Origin: Thalia democratica
Taxonomy: Eukaryota
NCBI GenBank assembly: GCA_965202585.1
Contig: OZ241830.1
Span: forward strand, 67,084,001-67,148,000
Length of the DNA stretch: 64,000 bases
Direction: 5' to 3'
Shown: in pieces, positions 24,492 through 38,629 of the stretch
Numbering within the stretch: the stretch's first letter is position 1
Layout of the letters: each line of letters opens with the position of its first letter
Translations under genes and position numbers: made by a program
Notes under the pieces: model-generated
The model's input: only the letters and a program-made list of their open reading frames with translations
Database searches by the model: none
What the model was told of the DNA's origin: nothing

Positions 24492-25897
24492 TTACTTACT
24501 TATACTTAATAATACTAAATTTGGAAATTTTCTAACATTAGTTGTTTTAACCTGATGAGTTAATTGGTGGTTGTGTTTTATATTATTATTTTGTTTTTCT
24601 ATCTGCTTTTTGTATCTGAATTTGCAATAATCATTGGCCAAATAGTATGTTTGTGGAGGCTTCTGGTGCCTGTTAAACCTCTGATTATAGCTTGGCCACC
24701 TACCTGGGACATATTTTGAACCCTGAACTGTTCTGAAGTTGGGTCCTGTTACATTTGTAGCTTGTGGAATGTTTTTTTACTCATTGCTACATCAAATTGA
24801 ACAGCCTCACCTTGTCTAAGTGACCTTATATACTTGTTAGGGTTGTTTTTAGTAATGTCAGTGTGATGAACAAATATATCACTGTCATTATCATCACTGT
24901 GAATGAAATCATATCCCTTGTTTACATTAAACCATACCAAACGGCCAGTTATCTATGTGCTATAACTTTTCTGGGAGTTTTAGGTTTAAATTTCTGTAAT
25001 TTTTTTTCTTGGAGTAAAAGAAGCAGGTTTTGCAATTGCAACAGAACAATGTTTTATTGTTTTGTTGTTATCTTCACGTAGGTAAATATTTTGGTTTTGA
25101 TGTTTTATGAGGTGGGCCATTGGACAAGAGTCAGGCATTCTACATTTAAATGCATTTTCCCCATGGGCTAAATGCACGTCACAAAGTTTTACACTATGAA
25201 AATTTGCGTATTGGTCGCGACCAGATCTATTATGCTTCTGATTAGGTTAGTTACTACCATAATCATTACAAAACTTGTTTTGGTTCTCATGTTAGCCTGC
25301 GTTATTGCGTCTCCTTGTTCTATTTGTTCTGAAGCGTGGCTCGCGAACCCCATAGTCTATGTTTTGTGTGTTATGTAAGTGCCTCTCTTCATGACCTACA
25401 AAGGTTGCTGCCATCCCAAGGTGAAATTTTTCAATATCATGTCCAAAGTTTGCCCGTAACTCACTTTTAAGACTATCTGGCGCCAAGTAGCAAGTGAAAA
25501 ATTTGACCCTATCATCTAAAGTTGCTTTTGCCCACTTTGTTGCTTCCATACGCAAGTCCTGGTATTTTATTGGTGCATTAGACAATGTTCTGGACCTCAG
25601 AACTTTTGGTAAAGGGCAACCTATTTCCTGAAGAAAGCGGTACAAATTATTATAGTTTTTTTTCTTGCCTCGAGGATGACTCCCAAAAGTCTTTGACATC
25701 CTTTTGAGGCCATTTTTGTAATAGAACTTTGTCTGTTCGTTTTTAATCTCGTACACTTCACATTGGTGCTCAAAATACCCCAATTCCATTTTGTATGTTT
25801 TGGAAGTTAGGGGGATGTCACGGAACAGTTTTGAGAGATCTTTCACTCTCTTAAGTCGAGCATATATTATATCATCATGGTGTTTATTAGTTGCCAT
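24492..25897 (-). pseudogene. Gag-like + Y-box cold-shock domain, copy 2
   Basis: Duplicate of 2405-3810 with the same stops and frameshifts. Confidence 0.75.
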
Positions 25898-26071
25898 GTA
25901 TGATTCATTTACCAATCAAATCAACATCGTTTATAAAACTTAAGAGTTGGTTAGAACACATTCAGACTTAAATAACAGAAAAATGTAGAAAGTTCAAAAA
26001 ATCTCCTCGCCGCCGGAACTCGCTCCGCCCCTGCACATCTCCACGTCGTCTGACCGGTCCACGCCGATCCG

Positions 26072-26492
26072 TCTCCTCGTCTCACCCAACGGTCTCTTGG
26101 CGCCACGGAATCCGTCTCCTTGCCTCACCCAGCGGTCTCTTGGCCCTACGGAACCGTCTCCTTGCCTCACCCAGCGGTCTCTTGGCCCTACGGAACCGTC
26201 TCCTTGCCTCAACCAGCGGTCTCTTGGCCCTACGGAACCCGTCTCCTTGCCTCAACCAGCGGTCTCTTGGCCCTACGGAACCGTCTCCTTGCCTCAACCA
26301 GCGGTCTCTTGGCCCTACGGAACCGTCTCCTTGCCTCACCCAGCGGTCTCTTGGCCCTACGGAACCCGTCTCCTTGCCTCAACCAGCGGTCTCTTGGCCC
26401 TACGGAACCGTCTCCTTGCCTCACCCAGCGGTCTCTTGGCCCTACGGAACCGTCTCCTTGCCTCACCCAGCGGTCTCTTGGCGCTACGGAAT
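26072..26492. repeat. 42-bp VNTR, 10 units
   Basis: Same unit as 3985-4447, one unit fewer. Confidence 0.95.
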
Positions 26493-29400
26493 CCTCTGAT
26501 CCGTCTCTTCATACATCTTCTCTTTCATCTCCTCGTTCCTCACCTCGTTCATAAGTCTCCTCTACCGCTCCTCGCCGATTCGTTTCTCGAGCCGTTCGTG
26601 CGAAAGTGCAATTAGAATGTACGTCACTATTTGATATCAATTTTAAAAACAAGTTAAAACATTAAAAGATAAAAAAATTCAATTTACAAACTTATATGCT
26701 ACTAGTTAGCAACAACATTACATTAATCCATTAGTCTATTTTTATTTTAACTTTAAAGTTTCTTAAGTTTCAAAGTAAATGAGAAACATTTTTGGCTCCC
26801 ATCAATATACATTAATTCTCTACAAGTTTTAAAATAAAAAACATTTCACATTTTACACGAATTAGTTGACAAAACAAGCATTCACATGCGTCTCAAAAGT
26901 TTAAACTTGTTTTTGTAAAAATACAAAGCCAGTAAACTTGTACTGATTTTAAAAAACTTTCATATTAAAACAAATTTTAAACAAAGTTCTTTTTAGTTTT
27001 CAGATTTTAAATACCGGATAAGACATTTCATAGCTCGAATGACCTTGTTAAAAAATGTGTTTTTTTTTAAGTACGGTTAAATCTAAAACAACAAAAAACA
27101 TGCCAATAAAGTTTGTTACAAGCAATTAACAAGGTCATTGTAAAAAAAAACTTTAAATATTATAGTTTAAAGTTTGAACATAACATTGTTGCTAAATATA
27201 AAACTAAATTAAGTTTAATAAACTTAAGAAATTTCACTTCAATAACCGATTATGCACTCGAAAACAAGTTTTAATAACCTCATACAAATATTATTACAAG
27301 GACGAATGAAAAAACAACAATGTTTTTACATGCAGTTTAAAAAGTTTATTATCCCTTATAGTTCAAATTAAACGATTGTTCGAAAACAAAACAATTAAAC
27401 TTTACAGTTGCTAACTTTTATAGACGTTTAAAACTCTTTTTGTTATAAGAAAGTTTTATTATTAGAAGCCTTTAGTTTCATTTTAATTTTTAATAAAATG
27501 TTTAAAACGATTGAACGATATTTAATTAATTTGACAAAACGCGGAACAACTTGAAAACAAGACTAACTTTTGTTTAAACTTGCTCGTACAAGTTTAAAAC
27601 TCATTTTGAAAAACGCTTCAACAATGAATTGCAATAATATCTACACAACAAATACATTTTAGTTCTAACACATGTCCATTAGCTTTTCCCAAACCACTTT
27701 AACATAAAATTCAACACAATAAAGCTAATTACTTTTTGCAAAAAACAACACAAATCTCTCACAAACTCGAACTACTTAGTTGATTTTCCAACTAGAAATT
27801 TTAAACTCATTTTTAAAACTTTACAGACCAGATGACTGGGTTAAATAAATGCCCTTAAGTTTATCGAATTTATAATATTATTAAATAAGGTTTATTTTAC
27901 TCTGTTTTCAAGTCACCATCTACAAAACGTAAAAATTTTAATGAAGGTATCTGTGTTCAATTCCAGTTATAAATAACTGGACGTCCGGGTCACCATGTCG
28001 CTACCTGGTTAAAGATTCTACTTATATATACTATTTTTGGCCTGGTTTAATACGCAACGTGCGCTCCAACTTACAAAGTAGAAGTCCCCAAGATAACGCT
28101 TAAATTATAGTTGACTTAAATGAACTAATATGAATTACTTACTATTTACTAAATGTTTGATAAATCAGTTACTTATACTAATTTAAACTGAGTTCGAATT
28201 TGTGATCATGAATATATTTACAATGAATTTGCGAAACGAAAAGATGATAAAAAACTGCACAACATTACACTAGAATAACAGAAACTAAACACTACATGTT
28301 TAAACCAAACTCAAAAAACATTCTAAAATCGAAATCACTTCAACAAGATCGAAACCATTAAAACTTAAGTGCAGCAAAAAGCTGCACTGAGTTCAGGCCG
28401 TTCAATGAAGTAGAAACTAGAAAAACTGAACTGAACTAAACCAATTACGCGATATTCTTAATTTATACTTGCTTGAAAAAAAGAAGAAAGTAAAAAAGAG
28501 ACAATTACCGCTCACGCGGTACAGCTTCAAGAAGTAAACAACTCAGAAAAAACCCCTAATTAGAAACAACTCTAAACCGCTACCAAGCGGTTACAGTTCT
28601 AACCATTTTTTATTTTTGCATGTGGAATAAAGCTGACGAAAAGAAAATAACAAGTTTTGTTTTGCTAATTTTTTATATATATTAAAGAAAATAGATATTA
28701 AGTATACAAAAGAAAAAATCTAAACCAGGAACAATAACTTGCAGGTTGTGCTTAAAAGCAGCTTTATTAATGCTTGAATCTAGAACAAATTGCGACAGTT
28801 TTTAAGGAAAACAAAGAGACATGAGGCTTTAAACTTAAATTTATGCCAAAACTAACAGATGAACTAAGAGAATTCTAAAATAAAATGATAAACTTAATCA
28901 CACAGGTAAAGTTTACAAAAATAAGTTACAGCTTCCAAGATAAACTAGTAAATGATCTTATAATAAGTAAAACCGAAACCGGGAACGGGTCAGAAAAGCA
29001 CGGGTGACACTTTAGCACGGTGTGACACTTTAGCACGGGGTGACACTTTAGCACGGGTAGACACTTTAGCACGGAGTGACAATTTAGCACTAAATTGTGC
29101 CTAAATTGCATAATCATTTTATAATTAATAAATTTAATTGTAAACGTTTTATAAAATACAAATTTTACACGTATTTAATTAAATTATTTAAAACTATCGA
29201 TGGTGCTTAAGTGTCACTCCGTGCTTAAGAATCATTTTGTGCAAAAGAATCAATCAGTGATAAAGTTACACTCCGTGTTAAAGTGTCACCCCGTGCTAAA
29301 GAGACACTCCGTGCTAAAGTGTCACCCCGTGCTAAAGTGACGCCGTGCTAAAGTGTCACCCCGTGCTAAAGTGTCACTAAAGGTGTTTTTAAATTTTTTT

Positions 29401-32227
29401 CTAGTACTCGGCTGTACTAAAACAGTATTCCGCATGTTTTTAGAATAATTTTTTTTTTGATTCTAAAATTTTTTTGTTATAAGTATTTTGTATTTGTAAC
29501 TTTGATATTTTCACTAAGAGACAGCTTTTCAGCAGTGAAATTTAAGATATAAAATCAGTTTAGCAGATTGAAAGTAAAGAGACAGCTTTTCAGCAGTTGT
29601 AGAAAATTAAGAAAATGAATAAATATAATCAGTTTAGCAGATTGTAAGTAAAGAGACAGCTTTCCAGCATTTAGTAAAAGTGCAGAAGGCTGTGTCTTTG
29701 TTAAACTTTGTTTTATCTTTGAGATCAAATTTAAATTTGTTACATGAAACAAATTAAGAGGTAGAGCGAAGAAATTTAAACGTGAAATAGAGGTAAAAGA
29801 AACAAAACAACTCATCTTAATAGAAAAAATTAGAATTAGCAATAGATGAGCTAAATCAAGAAACCGGAAAAGAAATTTTTTTCAAACTATTTAAGAGTCA
29901 TTAGTAAACAAGTAAAAGTTATTAAAATGGCTTTACCAGGTGGTCAAAGGATTAATACAAGACATAAAATCTCGAGTTGCTTCATATGACGAACTACAAT
30001 TAGCTGTAGCAAGAGAAAAGCGAAAATTGAATCCTTGCGCACGTCTTCAAATCGATGTTACCGAAAATCTCGTCAATAAATGGAATGGAAGAGAAGTCTT
30101 TAACACTGCAAATGTGTTTGAAGGTTAGATAAGCTAACAGCATAATAACATTTTAAACAGTTTAGTTGTTAGTTCTTCAATAACTTCTTAAAATTTTACC
30201 TATATTTAAAGGCAACGATGAACAATCTGAAACATTCTAAAATAAATATACTTTCAAAAGCTCCGTGTCAAAAATAAATGATGAACCAGACCATTTTAAA
30301 GCTGATATTATCAAAGAACTGTGGAGTAAATTTTATTTTTGCTGCAGGCCTAATTGAAATCACAGAATATGAAAAAGATTTAATAAGATATTGCTGCAAA
30401 ACAGTACTGTTCCACGAAAGTGAACCATGGTCGAAAAAGCATAACAATCTTCGATGTACCGATGGGAAGCATCCATGGCGCAGAAATTCGCGAACTGGTT
30501 GGCTTATATACCTTAAATAAATTAAAGTAGGAAAAGATCTTTAGTGATGTTATCTTTGGCATATAGTGTGATGATGGTCTAGCAGTGGTGGACATTCAAC
30601 CGGGACCAAGTATGAAGAGTATAGTAATAAAAAAACAGTTGGTCAATGAGAAGTGGTTCCATATTGATGCTTTTGAAACAAAATTACAACTGTGGACATT
30701 AGGGTGCATCTGTTGCCTCGACCTTAGAGTTAAGCTTAGTCTAGCTTTTTGTGCGTGACAAATCACTTTAAAAAAAAAAAACCTTCCTATAACCTAATAA
30801 AAACACATAACGTAGAAGGAAAAATTCAAAAATTTATCAAAAAATTTTAAAAGGTCTGTTAAAATATTGTTTTTAGGTATACGGCTATACTAAAATAATT
30901 TCCCGCATGCTTTTCACAATAAAATAGTTTTTATTCAAAAATTTTCTTGTTATAAGAATTTTTCTATTTTTATACTTTGATATCTTTACTAAGAAACAGC
31001 TTTTCAGCAGTTGTAGAAAATTAAGAAATTGAAGATATAAAATCAGTTTAGCAGATTGTAAGTAAAGAGACAGTTTTTCAGCATTTGGTAAAGGTGCAGA
31101 AGGTTGTTAAACGAGTTTTTCTTTAACATGTACTTTAAATTAAACTTGTTACAAGAAACAAATTAGCAATTATAAGCGAAATACAAATAAGATATAAGAG
31201 AATAAATTCAAACGCGAAACAGAGGTTAAAGAAACAAGACTTATCTTGGCAGAAAAAATTAGAATTAGCAATAGCTAAGCTAAATCAAGAAACCGGATAA
31301 GAAAAGGTGTGAATTATTTAAAAGTCATTAGTAAACAAGTAAAAGTTATTAAAATGGCCTTACCAGGTGATCAAAGGATTAACACAAGACATATAATTTC
31401 GTTTTGCTTCATATGACGGACGACAATTAGCTGTAGCAAGAGAAAAGCTGAGATTTAATCCGTGCGCATGTCTTCACATTGATGTTACTGGAAATCTAAT
31501 CAATTAAAGGAATGGAAGAAAAGAAGTCTTTAACACTGCAAGTGTGATGAAGGTTAGATAAGCTAATAGCATAATTATTATTTTAAACAGCTTAGTTGTA
31601 AGTTCTTCCACAACTACTTGAAATTTTACCTATGTTTATAAGCAACGATGAACGATCTGAAACATACTAAAAATAAGTTTACTTTTAAGAGCTGCGTGTC
31701 AAAAATAAATGATAAACATTTTAAAGCTGATATTACCAAAGAACTGTGGAGTAAATTTTATGATTCTACAATGACAAAGGTAAAAACTGAGAAACAACTG
31801 GATAGAAGTCATAAAATGAAAAAGTGCTTAAATTAGTTAAGCATAAATTTTGTTTTTTTATTTCATGTCATTCGTAGTATAATACAAAAATATTTTTAAA
31901 TGTCGTTTAGTCGGCCATAACAGCAATAGCCATTATCGTAATAATCAAAACACATCTTTCTTAATCTAAAATGCAGTTAGACCAAAGAAGCGGAAAGTCA
32001 ATAGGGTGACCTAATTTACTTTCGCCCCCTTCGTTGGTCAAACATATGGGCTAAAGAATGAAATTGAATGAAAACTCCTTTAATTTTGCTTCTAATTTTT
32101 AAAGTTTAAAAATAATTTACTTTTAAATGCTGCGTGTCAAAAAAAAAAAGATGAATCAGACCATTTTAAGCTGATATTATCAAAAAACTGTGTAGTAAAT
32201 TTTATGATTCTACAATGAAAAAGGTAA

Positions 32228-33251
32228 CCCCAGCCTGATGATACAAAATATGCTGCTATTTTAAAACTGACATTAGTCGAAAGGAACAAAACACAGATGC
32301 AAAGATTCTAGAGAGAGAAGCAGATTTAACAAAAAGGATAGTGAGTTTCAAAAGATGCACTAAAACAATGGGTCCAAAAGAGAAGCATGATTTGGAGGAG
32401 GATTTGAAAAAAGACATTGTAAAATATAACAAAGAAGTTGACGAGGTCAATAAAGAGAGGATGAAATTACATCCTATAGTCAAGAGTAATTTTTTAACAA
32501 AATGGCAAACAGGATTAGATAAGAAATGGAAAAATGCTCAGGAAGAAATAAGAAAAAAGCAGAGTTAGTAAGTAAGTATGAAAATGATATTATACCTGCC
32601 GAGGATGGTAAGGACTATGTTGATATCCCTTCTTGAGTGCAGGTCCCAGTCTTGTCTCTGATATTAGGAGCAGGATAGAAACCCTATCTACATCAAGCCA
32701 ACAATCTCAGCAAGTTGCTGTGCGTAAGCAATTGACTCTAGAACAATTCAAAGAATACCATAAAAGGGTTAGCGATGATATGTCAATGATCGAATATAAA
32801 GGAGACATCACTATGTCTGATGTTGAATTCTACTCTTACGATAGACTTCTAGTGTTTCAGAGGATTTGGGAGAGGGCCAAAAGCAGGGAAATCATAGTTA
32901 GCTTAGATGACAAAACTTTTGGCACAGACGTTTTCATTTGGCTCGTTCGAGGAACAAACTTTGAAAGAATCAAGAGAGGCCTAAGCGACAAGACTAAAAA
33001 TTGCTTGAATACTCTGATCAGGAGGTACGGCTTTAAGGGTCGTTCGATTAACCAAGAAACCAAGACGATGGAACGTCTGCAAAATGATGATCTAACAGTT
33101 TCTCGTTTCTGTGACATTTATCCCATGAGAGTGTGGGCCGTGTGGAATAATCCCAAGTTGACAGAAAGACCAGACTTCTTAACATTTACTCATCTCACTA
33201 AGGCTGAAAAAAAATTTATCAGAAATTTTAGGTGTCCCTCGTTGCCTTACC
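32228..33251 (+). pseudogene. Endogenous viral element: phenuivirus-like (Bunyavirales) nucleocapsid, N-terminal and central part
   Basis: VEFYSYDRLLVF..WLVRGTNFERIKRGLSDKTKNCLNTLIRRYGFKG..NDDLTVSRF aligns to phlebovirus N EFAYQGFDARRV..ALTRGNKPRRMMMKMSKEGKATVEALINKYKLKE..RDELTLSRV. An upstream charged helical extension is readable through frameshifts. GC is higher than the flanks; no introns. Confidence 0.8.
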
Positions 33252-33881
33252 CTACCCCCAGAGCAAGCAAGAACAGGTGTAGAAGAAATTGTTTGAGAAT
33301 AAAGAGATATTTGAATACATAAAAAAAAAAGAGATACATCAAGAAAATGTAAATATTACATACTTACTAATACTTAGTACTGTACAGTTTTATAACTTTT
33401 ATACAAACAGTTATATGAACCAACCGTTGGTAATTGGTGATATGGTGAGTGTACGTATTAATAAAGTGATATTATGTCATTTGTTTTCAAAAATGAATTA
33501 AGATTTGTTAGAAGTCTCAAATGGTAAAATGTTTGACAGTTGTTTTTTTTTTGCAATATTTTATACATTTATCTCTTTTTGTTTAATTAAATGTTTAATA
33601 TTATAATCATTTTAGTTTCATCTTTTTCATAATTACAAAAAACCTTACTTATGTCACTAGGAAATGATGAAGGATCTAAAAAATTTTCCTAAAAACCCAG
33701 CAATCACCCTCCCTTGGTAATTGCTGAGGTGGTGAGTGTACGTATTAATAAAGTGATGTTACGTCATTTATTTTCAAAAATAAATGAAGATTTGTTAGAA
33801 GTTTCAAATGGAATGAAAGAGAAGTCTTTAACACTGCAAGTGTGTTTAAAGGTTAGATAAGTTATATAGTGTATATAGAAA

Positions 33882-34260
33882 TATCTTACTAAGGAAATTA
33901 GAATGTTATGGTGTGAGAGGAAAAATGCATCTACAAATCAGTTCATATCTATATGAAAGGAAACAGTTCGTCAGCTTTAGAGGATATGAATCAACCTGTG
34001 AAACAAGTTAAGTTGGGGTACCACAAGGCTCAGTATTAGGACCGTTGTTATTTCCTAATACACATAAACGACTTACAAAATAATACTAGTCTTAAAGTCC
34101 TCAACTTTGCAGATGATACAATGTTATACAAGACATTCACGAAAGACACATTACATACCTAAATAACAGTAAAAACTTTAACACAAAACTAAAAAAGGTA
34201 TAACATTGGCTTATGGGAAACAAACTTAAACTAAACCTTAATAAAACCAGAATATTGATA
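33882..34260 (+). mobile_element. CR1/L2-type LINE reverse transcriptase fragment
   Basis: ILLRKLECYGVRG..SSYLYERKQFV..GVPQGSVLGPLLF/LIHINDL..NFADDTMLY. Confidence 0.92.
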
Positions 34261-34639
34261 AGAAGTCCTTAATATGCAACTTGTAGTATATCCAGTTTTA
34301 AAGATAATTTCATCAGAGCAAGAAAATTAATCACAGGCAATTTAAAACGCTTCTCGAAAATTCAGACTCAGACTATACCGATATTTATAAAACATACAGC
34401 TGTACGCTGGTTGAGTTTAGGAAAATCTATTCAAAACCAGGAAAAATTTCAATTATCTAATGTTAAAAATTAGAAAATCTAAAGTAACAGTTAATACAAA
34501 CAAATATATTGCTTTTGACTAAACTTGCCAACTAAGTAAGTTAGTTGGCAAAGACAGCTTCTTAAGACATAAGTTTTCTAACTCAAGTATTCCATCTGAG
34601 TCATTTTTAAGCTTGTGGTTTAAGCTTGATTTTAGTCTT

Positions 34640-35050
34640 TGAAAAAATATTATGCAAATTATCAAAATGAAGAAGTTTTCAACAACATCAAAGGCTTATA
34701 CCAAAATGCATTAAACAAAAGTTATTTCAAATATAATTTAACTCCAAACAATTTAACAGTACCAATATTAAAAAATATGAAAAAAAAATTGCATTTAGTA
34801 TTACCTCCAACCCCTTTTGTACATCTGTACAGACCAAAATTGGCAAGCGTTTCCCAGAATTGATAGATAGACTTTTTAAGAAGGACAGCTTTTACCACAA
34901 AATAATTAACAGAAATTGCATAAAAATACCATATTGCTGCACACCAAACGTTATGGCCATTATAAATTAACACAACAAAAAGCTTATGAAGAAATCAGAT
35001 AAAAACGAAAAACTTTGCAATTGTAGATCAAAAACAAACTGCTCCGTGGA
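34640..35050 (+). mobile_element. PLE fragment (thumb/linker into GIY-YIG region)
   Basis: YQNALNKSYFKYNL..TKIGKRF..INRN..YCCTPNVMAII..HNKKL..CNCRSKTNC. Second copy at ~41380-41650. Confidence 0.8.
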
Positions 35051-36479
35051 TATTTCTATTTGAATAAGAATTGGAAATGTTTGTTTTTAATAAACGAAAG
35101 ATCTTTTCGAAGTGTTTGTAAAAAACTGAGACTGATTTTTGAATGGATCTAACCATTTTTTATCTTTGCCATGTGGAATAAAGCTTACAAAAAAAGATTA
35201 ACAAGTTTTGTTTTGCTAATTTCTAATATATATTAAAGAAAATAGATATTAATTTATACAAAAGAAAAAATCTAAACCAGGAACAATAACATGCAGGTTG
35301 TGCTTAAAAGCAGCTTTATTGATACTTGAATCTGGTACAAATTGCGACAGTTTTTGAGGAAAACAAAGAGACAAGGCTTTGAATATACATTTATGCCAGA
35401 ACTAACAGACGAACTAAGAGAATTCTAATATAAAATGATAAACTTAATCAAACAGGTAAAATTTACAAAAAAAAAGTTACAGCTTCCAAGATAAACTAGT
35501 AAATGATCTTATAATAAGTAAAACCGAAACCATAACCTGCTGACAAAACAAAAAATTATTACAAAGTTCCAAAATAAGAATTTAAGAACCTATAACTAAA
35601 ATCTTTAATAAAAGCATATAAAATGAGTGGTAACAGAAGACAATAATGGGAATTTTAAACTATTTGTTTGTTCCATCTATTTTATTTATTTTAAGCTTTT
35701 TGAAAAAAACCGTAAATGTTGTAAAAGTTAAAAAAAGTTCTAAAGTTTTAATAAAACAAATTATAGTAAGTTTGAATTGAAAGACGAAAAGCATAATGAG
35801 TGCAGTGTTTTTAATTCTAGTAACCCACATAATACATCTAAAGCGATTATAAATAAATACTTAGGTATTAAATCTATCAAAATAAGAAAAATTGGAAGAT
35901 TAAAAAAACTATATATTGGTTAGCAAGTTAGTTAGTAGTACCGAATTAAAAAGAACTTAGATCATGGATTAAAAGCCATCAGTGCTGTAGAAAAAGCATA
36001 GTGTGTATGTAGTTTACCAATCTAAACAACTCACGTTGGACTAAAAGAATTAAGATAATATTGAGCATAAAGTCTGATTCAGCAGAGGATATCAGTTTGG
36101 CTACAACTGCACCAAAAACTTACTTAAAATGGTTTTGGATTGTAGTTTTTTCATTATTTTAATTCAACGAAATTGTTTACATGCGAAATCATATAGTATT
36201 TTTTTGATATCATTTCAGGAAAGTGAACCATGTATAGTGATCGGCAGTTTTAATCTAAAGACGAACACTGAAATATAGCACTATGACTTTTTTTCAATAA
36301 AACCACCAAGAAAATGACATTTTCAGTAAACACAGATATTTTTTCTTAAAAACATAAAAATCAGAAAAACTACAAATGCAATGTAAATCAAGGAATAAAT
36401 TTTATTTTAATTGTCGATCAAATATGACCTTGCAAAAATTAGTTTAGAAACGTGTGTAACAATTGTTCATGACACCAAC

Positions 36480-36730
36480 ATATTGCATGTTTAGCAGTAT
36501 GCATGACAAATAACTGGAAAGCATGGTGAAGCACTAGCATTAGCTAAAAATTATTGCGGAATAAGTAAGGACGAAATCGACATAGTAGTTCACTGCTGCA
36601 AATTATTCCTTATTTACAGCGATTGTGCGTGGTCGAAGAAGGATATGGATGGCAATTTTGATACACTGCAGGAAAGTTTTCATGGTGCAGAAGTATGCGA
36701 ACTAGTAGGGTTACTTATACTCAATCAAGA
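36480..36730 (+). mobile_element. PLE RT fragment (different subfamily)
   Basis: ALALAKNYCGISKDEIDIVVHCCK..WSKKDMDGNFD..SFHGAEVCELVGLLIL. Confidence 0.8.
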
Positions 36731-37434
36731 AATAAAAGATTATATAAATCAAGAAACCGGATAAGAAAATGTGTAATACTATTTAAAAGTCATTAGTAAA
36801 CAAGTAAAAGTTATTAAAATGGCTTTACCAGGTGGTCAAAGGATTAATACAAGACATATAATTTCGTGTTCTTTCATACGACGAACGACAATTAGCTGTA
36901 GCAAGAGAAAAGCTGAGATTGAATCCGTGCGCATGTCTTCACACCGATGTTACCGGAAATCTTGTCATTAAATGGAATGGAAGAGAAGTCTTTAACACTG
37001 CAAGTGTGTTTAATGGTCAGTTAGGATATTTTTATTAGCACAATTAATATTTTAAACAGTCTAGTTGATAGTACTTTTATAACTACCTATGTTTAAAGGC
37101 AACAATGAACGATCTGAAACATACTAAAAATAAATTTACTTTTAAGAGCTGCGTGTCAAAAATAAATGATAAACCATTTTAAAGCTGATATTACCAAATA
37201 ATTGAGGAGTAAATTTTATTATTCTACAATGAAAAAGGTAAAAACTGCGAAATATCTGGATAGAAGTCATAAAATGTAAAACTTCTTAGATTATTTAAGT
37301 ATCAATTTCGTTTTATTTTTTCAGGTTATTTGTAATATAACACAAAAATATTTTTTAAATGTTGTTTAGTCGGCCATAACAGCAATAGCCATTATCGTAA
37401 AAATCACACAATATCTCTCTAAATCTAAAATGCA

Positions 37435-37740
37435 GTCAATCAAAGAAGCGGAAAGTCAATACGGTGACCTAGTTTACTTTTGCCCTCTTCGTTGGTCAAG
37501 TCGTGGTTTAATGTTTTCACGAATCTATGGGCTAAAGAATGAAACTGCATCATTTTTTAGAAATATAAATATAAATACATGTTTTTTAAATAAAACTGGG
37601 TATCTAATTTAACAATTCTGATCTCACATCGCGTTTCAACAAACTTAACTTGTTATAAAAATTTAAAAAACAGTTGGTCAATGAGATGTGGTTCCATATT
37701 GATGCTTTTGAAACAAAATTACAACTGTGGACATTAGGGT
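37435..37740 (+). mobile_element. hAT transposase fragment (GTF2IRD2/EPM2AIP1-like), recurrent module
   Basis: EAESQYGDLVYFCPLRWSSRGLMFSRIYGLKNE..W.SNL..LNL..QLVNEMWFHIDAFETKLQLW. Partial copies at ~8590, 9905, 30635, 31980, 39105, 41875, 47625 and 63612. Confidence 0.85.
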
Positions 37741-37799
37741 GCATCTGTTGCCTCGACCTTAGAGTTAAGCTTAGCTAAGAGTTAATAAAAATTTGATAA

Positions 37800-38300
37800 G
37801 TAAATAAAAATAGCAAGATACCAAAACTCGAAAAAAAAACAAGCGTTCTTTACAATTAAACATCACAAAGAAAACTTCCCCAATAAAATCGAATACAGAG
37901 TCATAAACCCAACTAAATCACCTTTCACTAAACACTCAAAAATCTTAATAGGTAAATTTAATTGTATAATACTAAAACACTCTAAATTAAACCAATGGGA
38001 ATATACATGCGAAGTGATCACCTGGTTTGAAAATTCAAAATTTAACAAAAACTACAGATTTATAAAATTCGACATCAATAAATTTTACCCAAGTATTACT
38101 AAAAATTATTTAATTAAAGCATTAGAATAAGCTGAAAATTTTTACCCAATAACAGACAAAGAAATGAATCTAATAATGCTCTCTTGTAAAGCAATTTTAA
38201 CACATATAAAAACCAAACCTGGGAAAAAATAAGTTCAAACCAGTTTTTCAATAAAAGTATGGGATCATTTAAGGGGGCAGAAATCTACGATTTAATAGAT
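37800..38300 (+). mobile_element. PLE RT fragment
   Basis: AFFTIKHHKENFPNKIEYRVINPTKS..LNQW..VITWF..FIKFDINKFYPSIT..MGSFKGAEI. Paralogous copy at ~42200-42680. Confidence 0.9.
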
Positions 38301-38629
38301 AAATGGACAAAAATCCCTAAAAGGTTTGTTAAAATATTTTATTTAAGTATTCGGCTATACTAAAACAATTTCCCGCATGCTTTTCAGAATGATATATTTT
38401 TGATACTATAACTTTCTTGTTATTAGTATTTTCTTTTTGCTTCTTTGGTATTTTCATTAAGAGACAGCTTTTCAGCAGTGGTAGATAATTTATAAGTTTG
38501 TGCCTTTGTTAAAATGAGTTTTTCTTTGACATTTACTTTAAATTAAATTTGTTACAGGAAACAAAATAGGAAATTTAAGCGAAATACAGATATCAAACGC
38601 GAAGCAGAGGTTTAAGAAACAAAACTCAT

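Larger units (their letters stand above)
22632..31478 (+). repeat. Segmental duplication copy 2
   Basis: Near-identical to 1-9433, lacking ~1822-2370 and one 42-bp unit. Confidence 0.97.
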
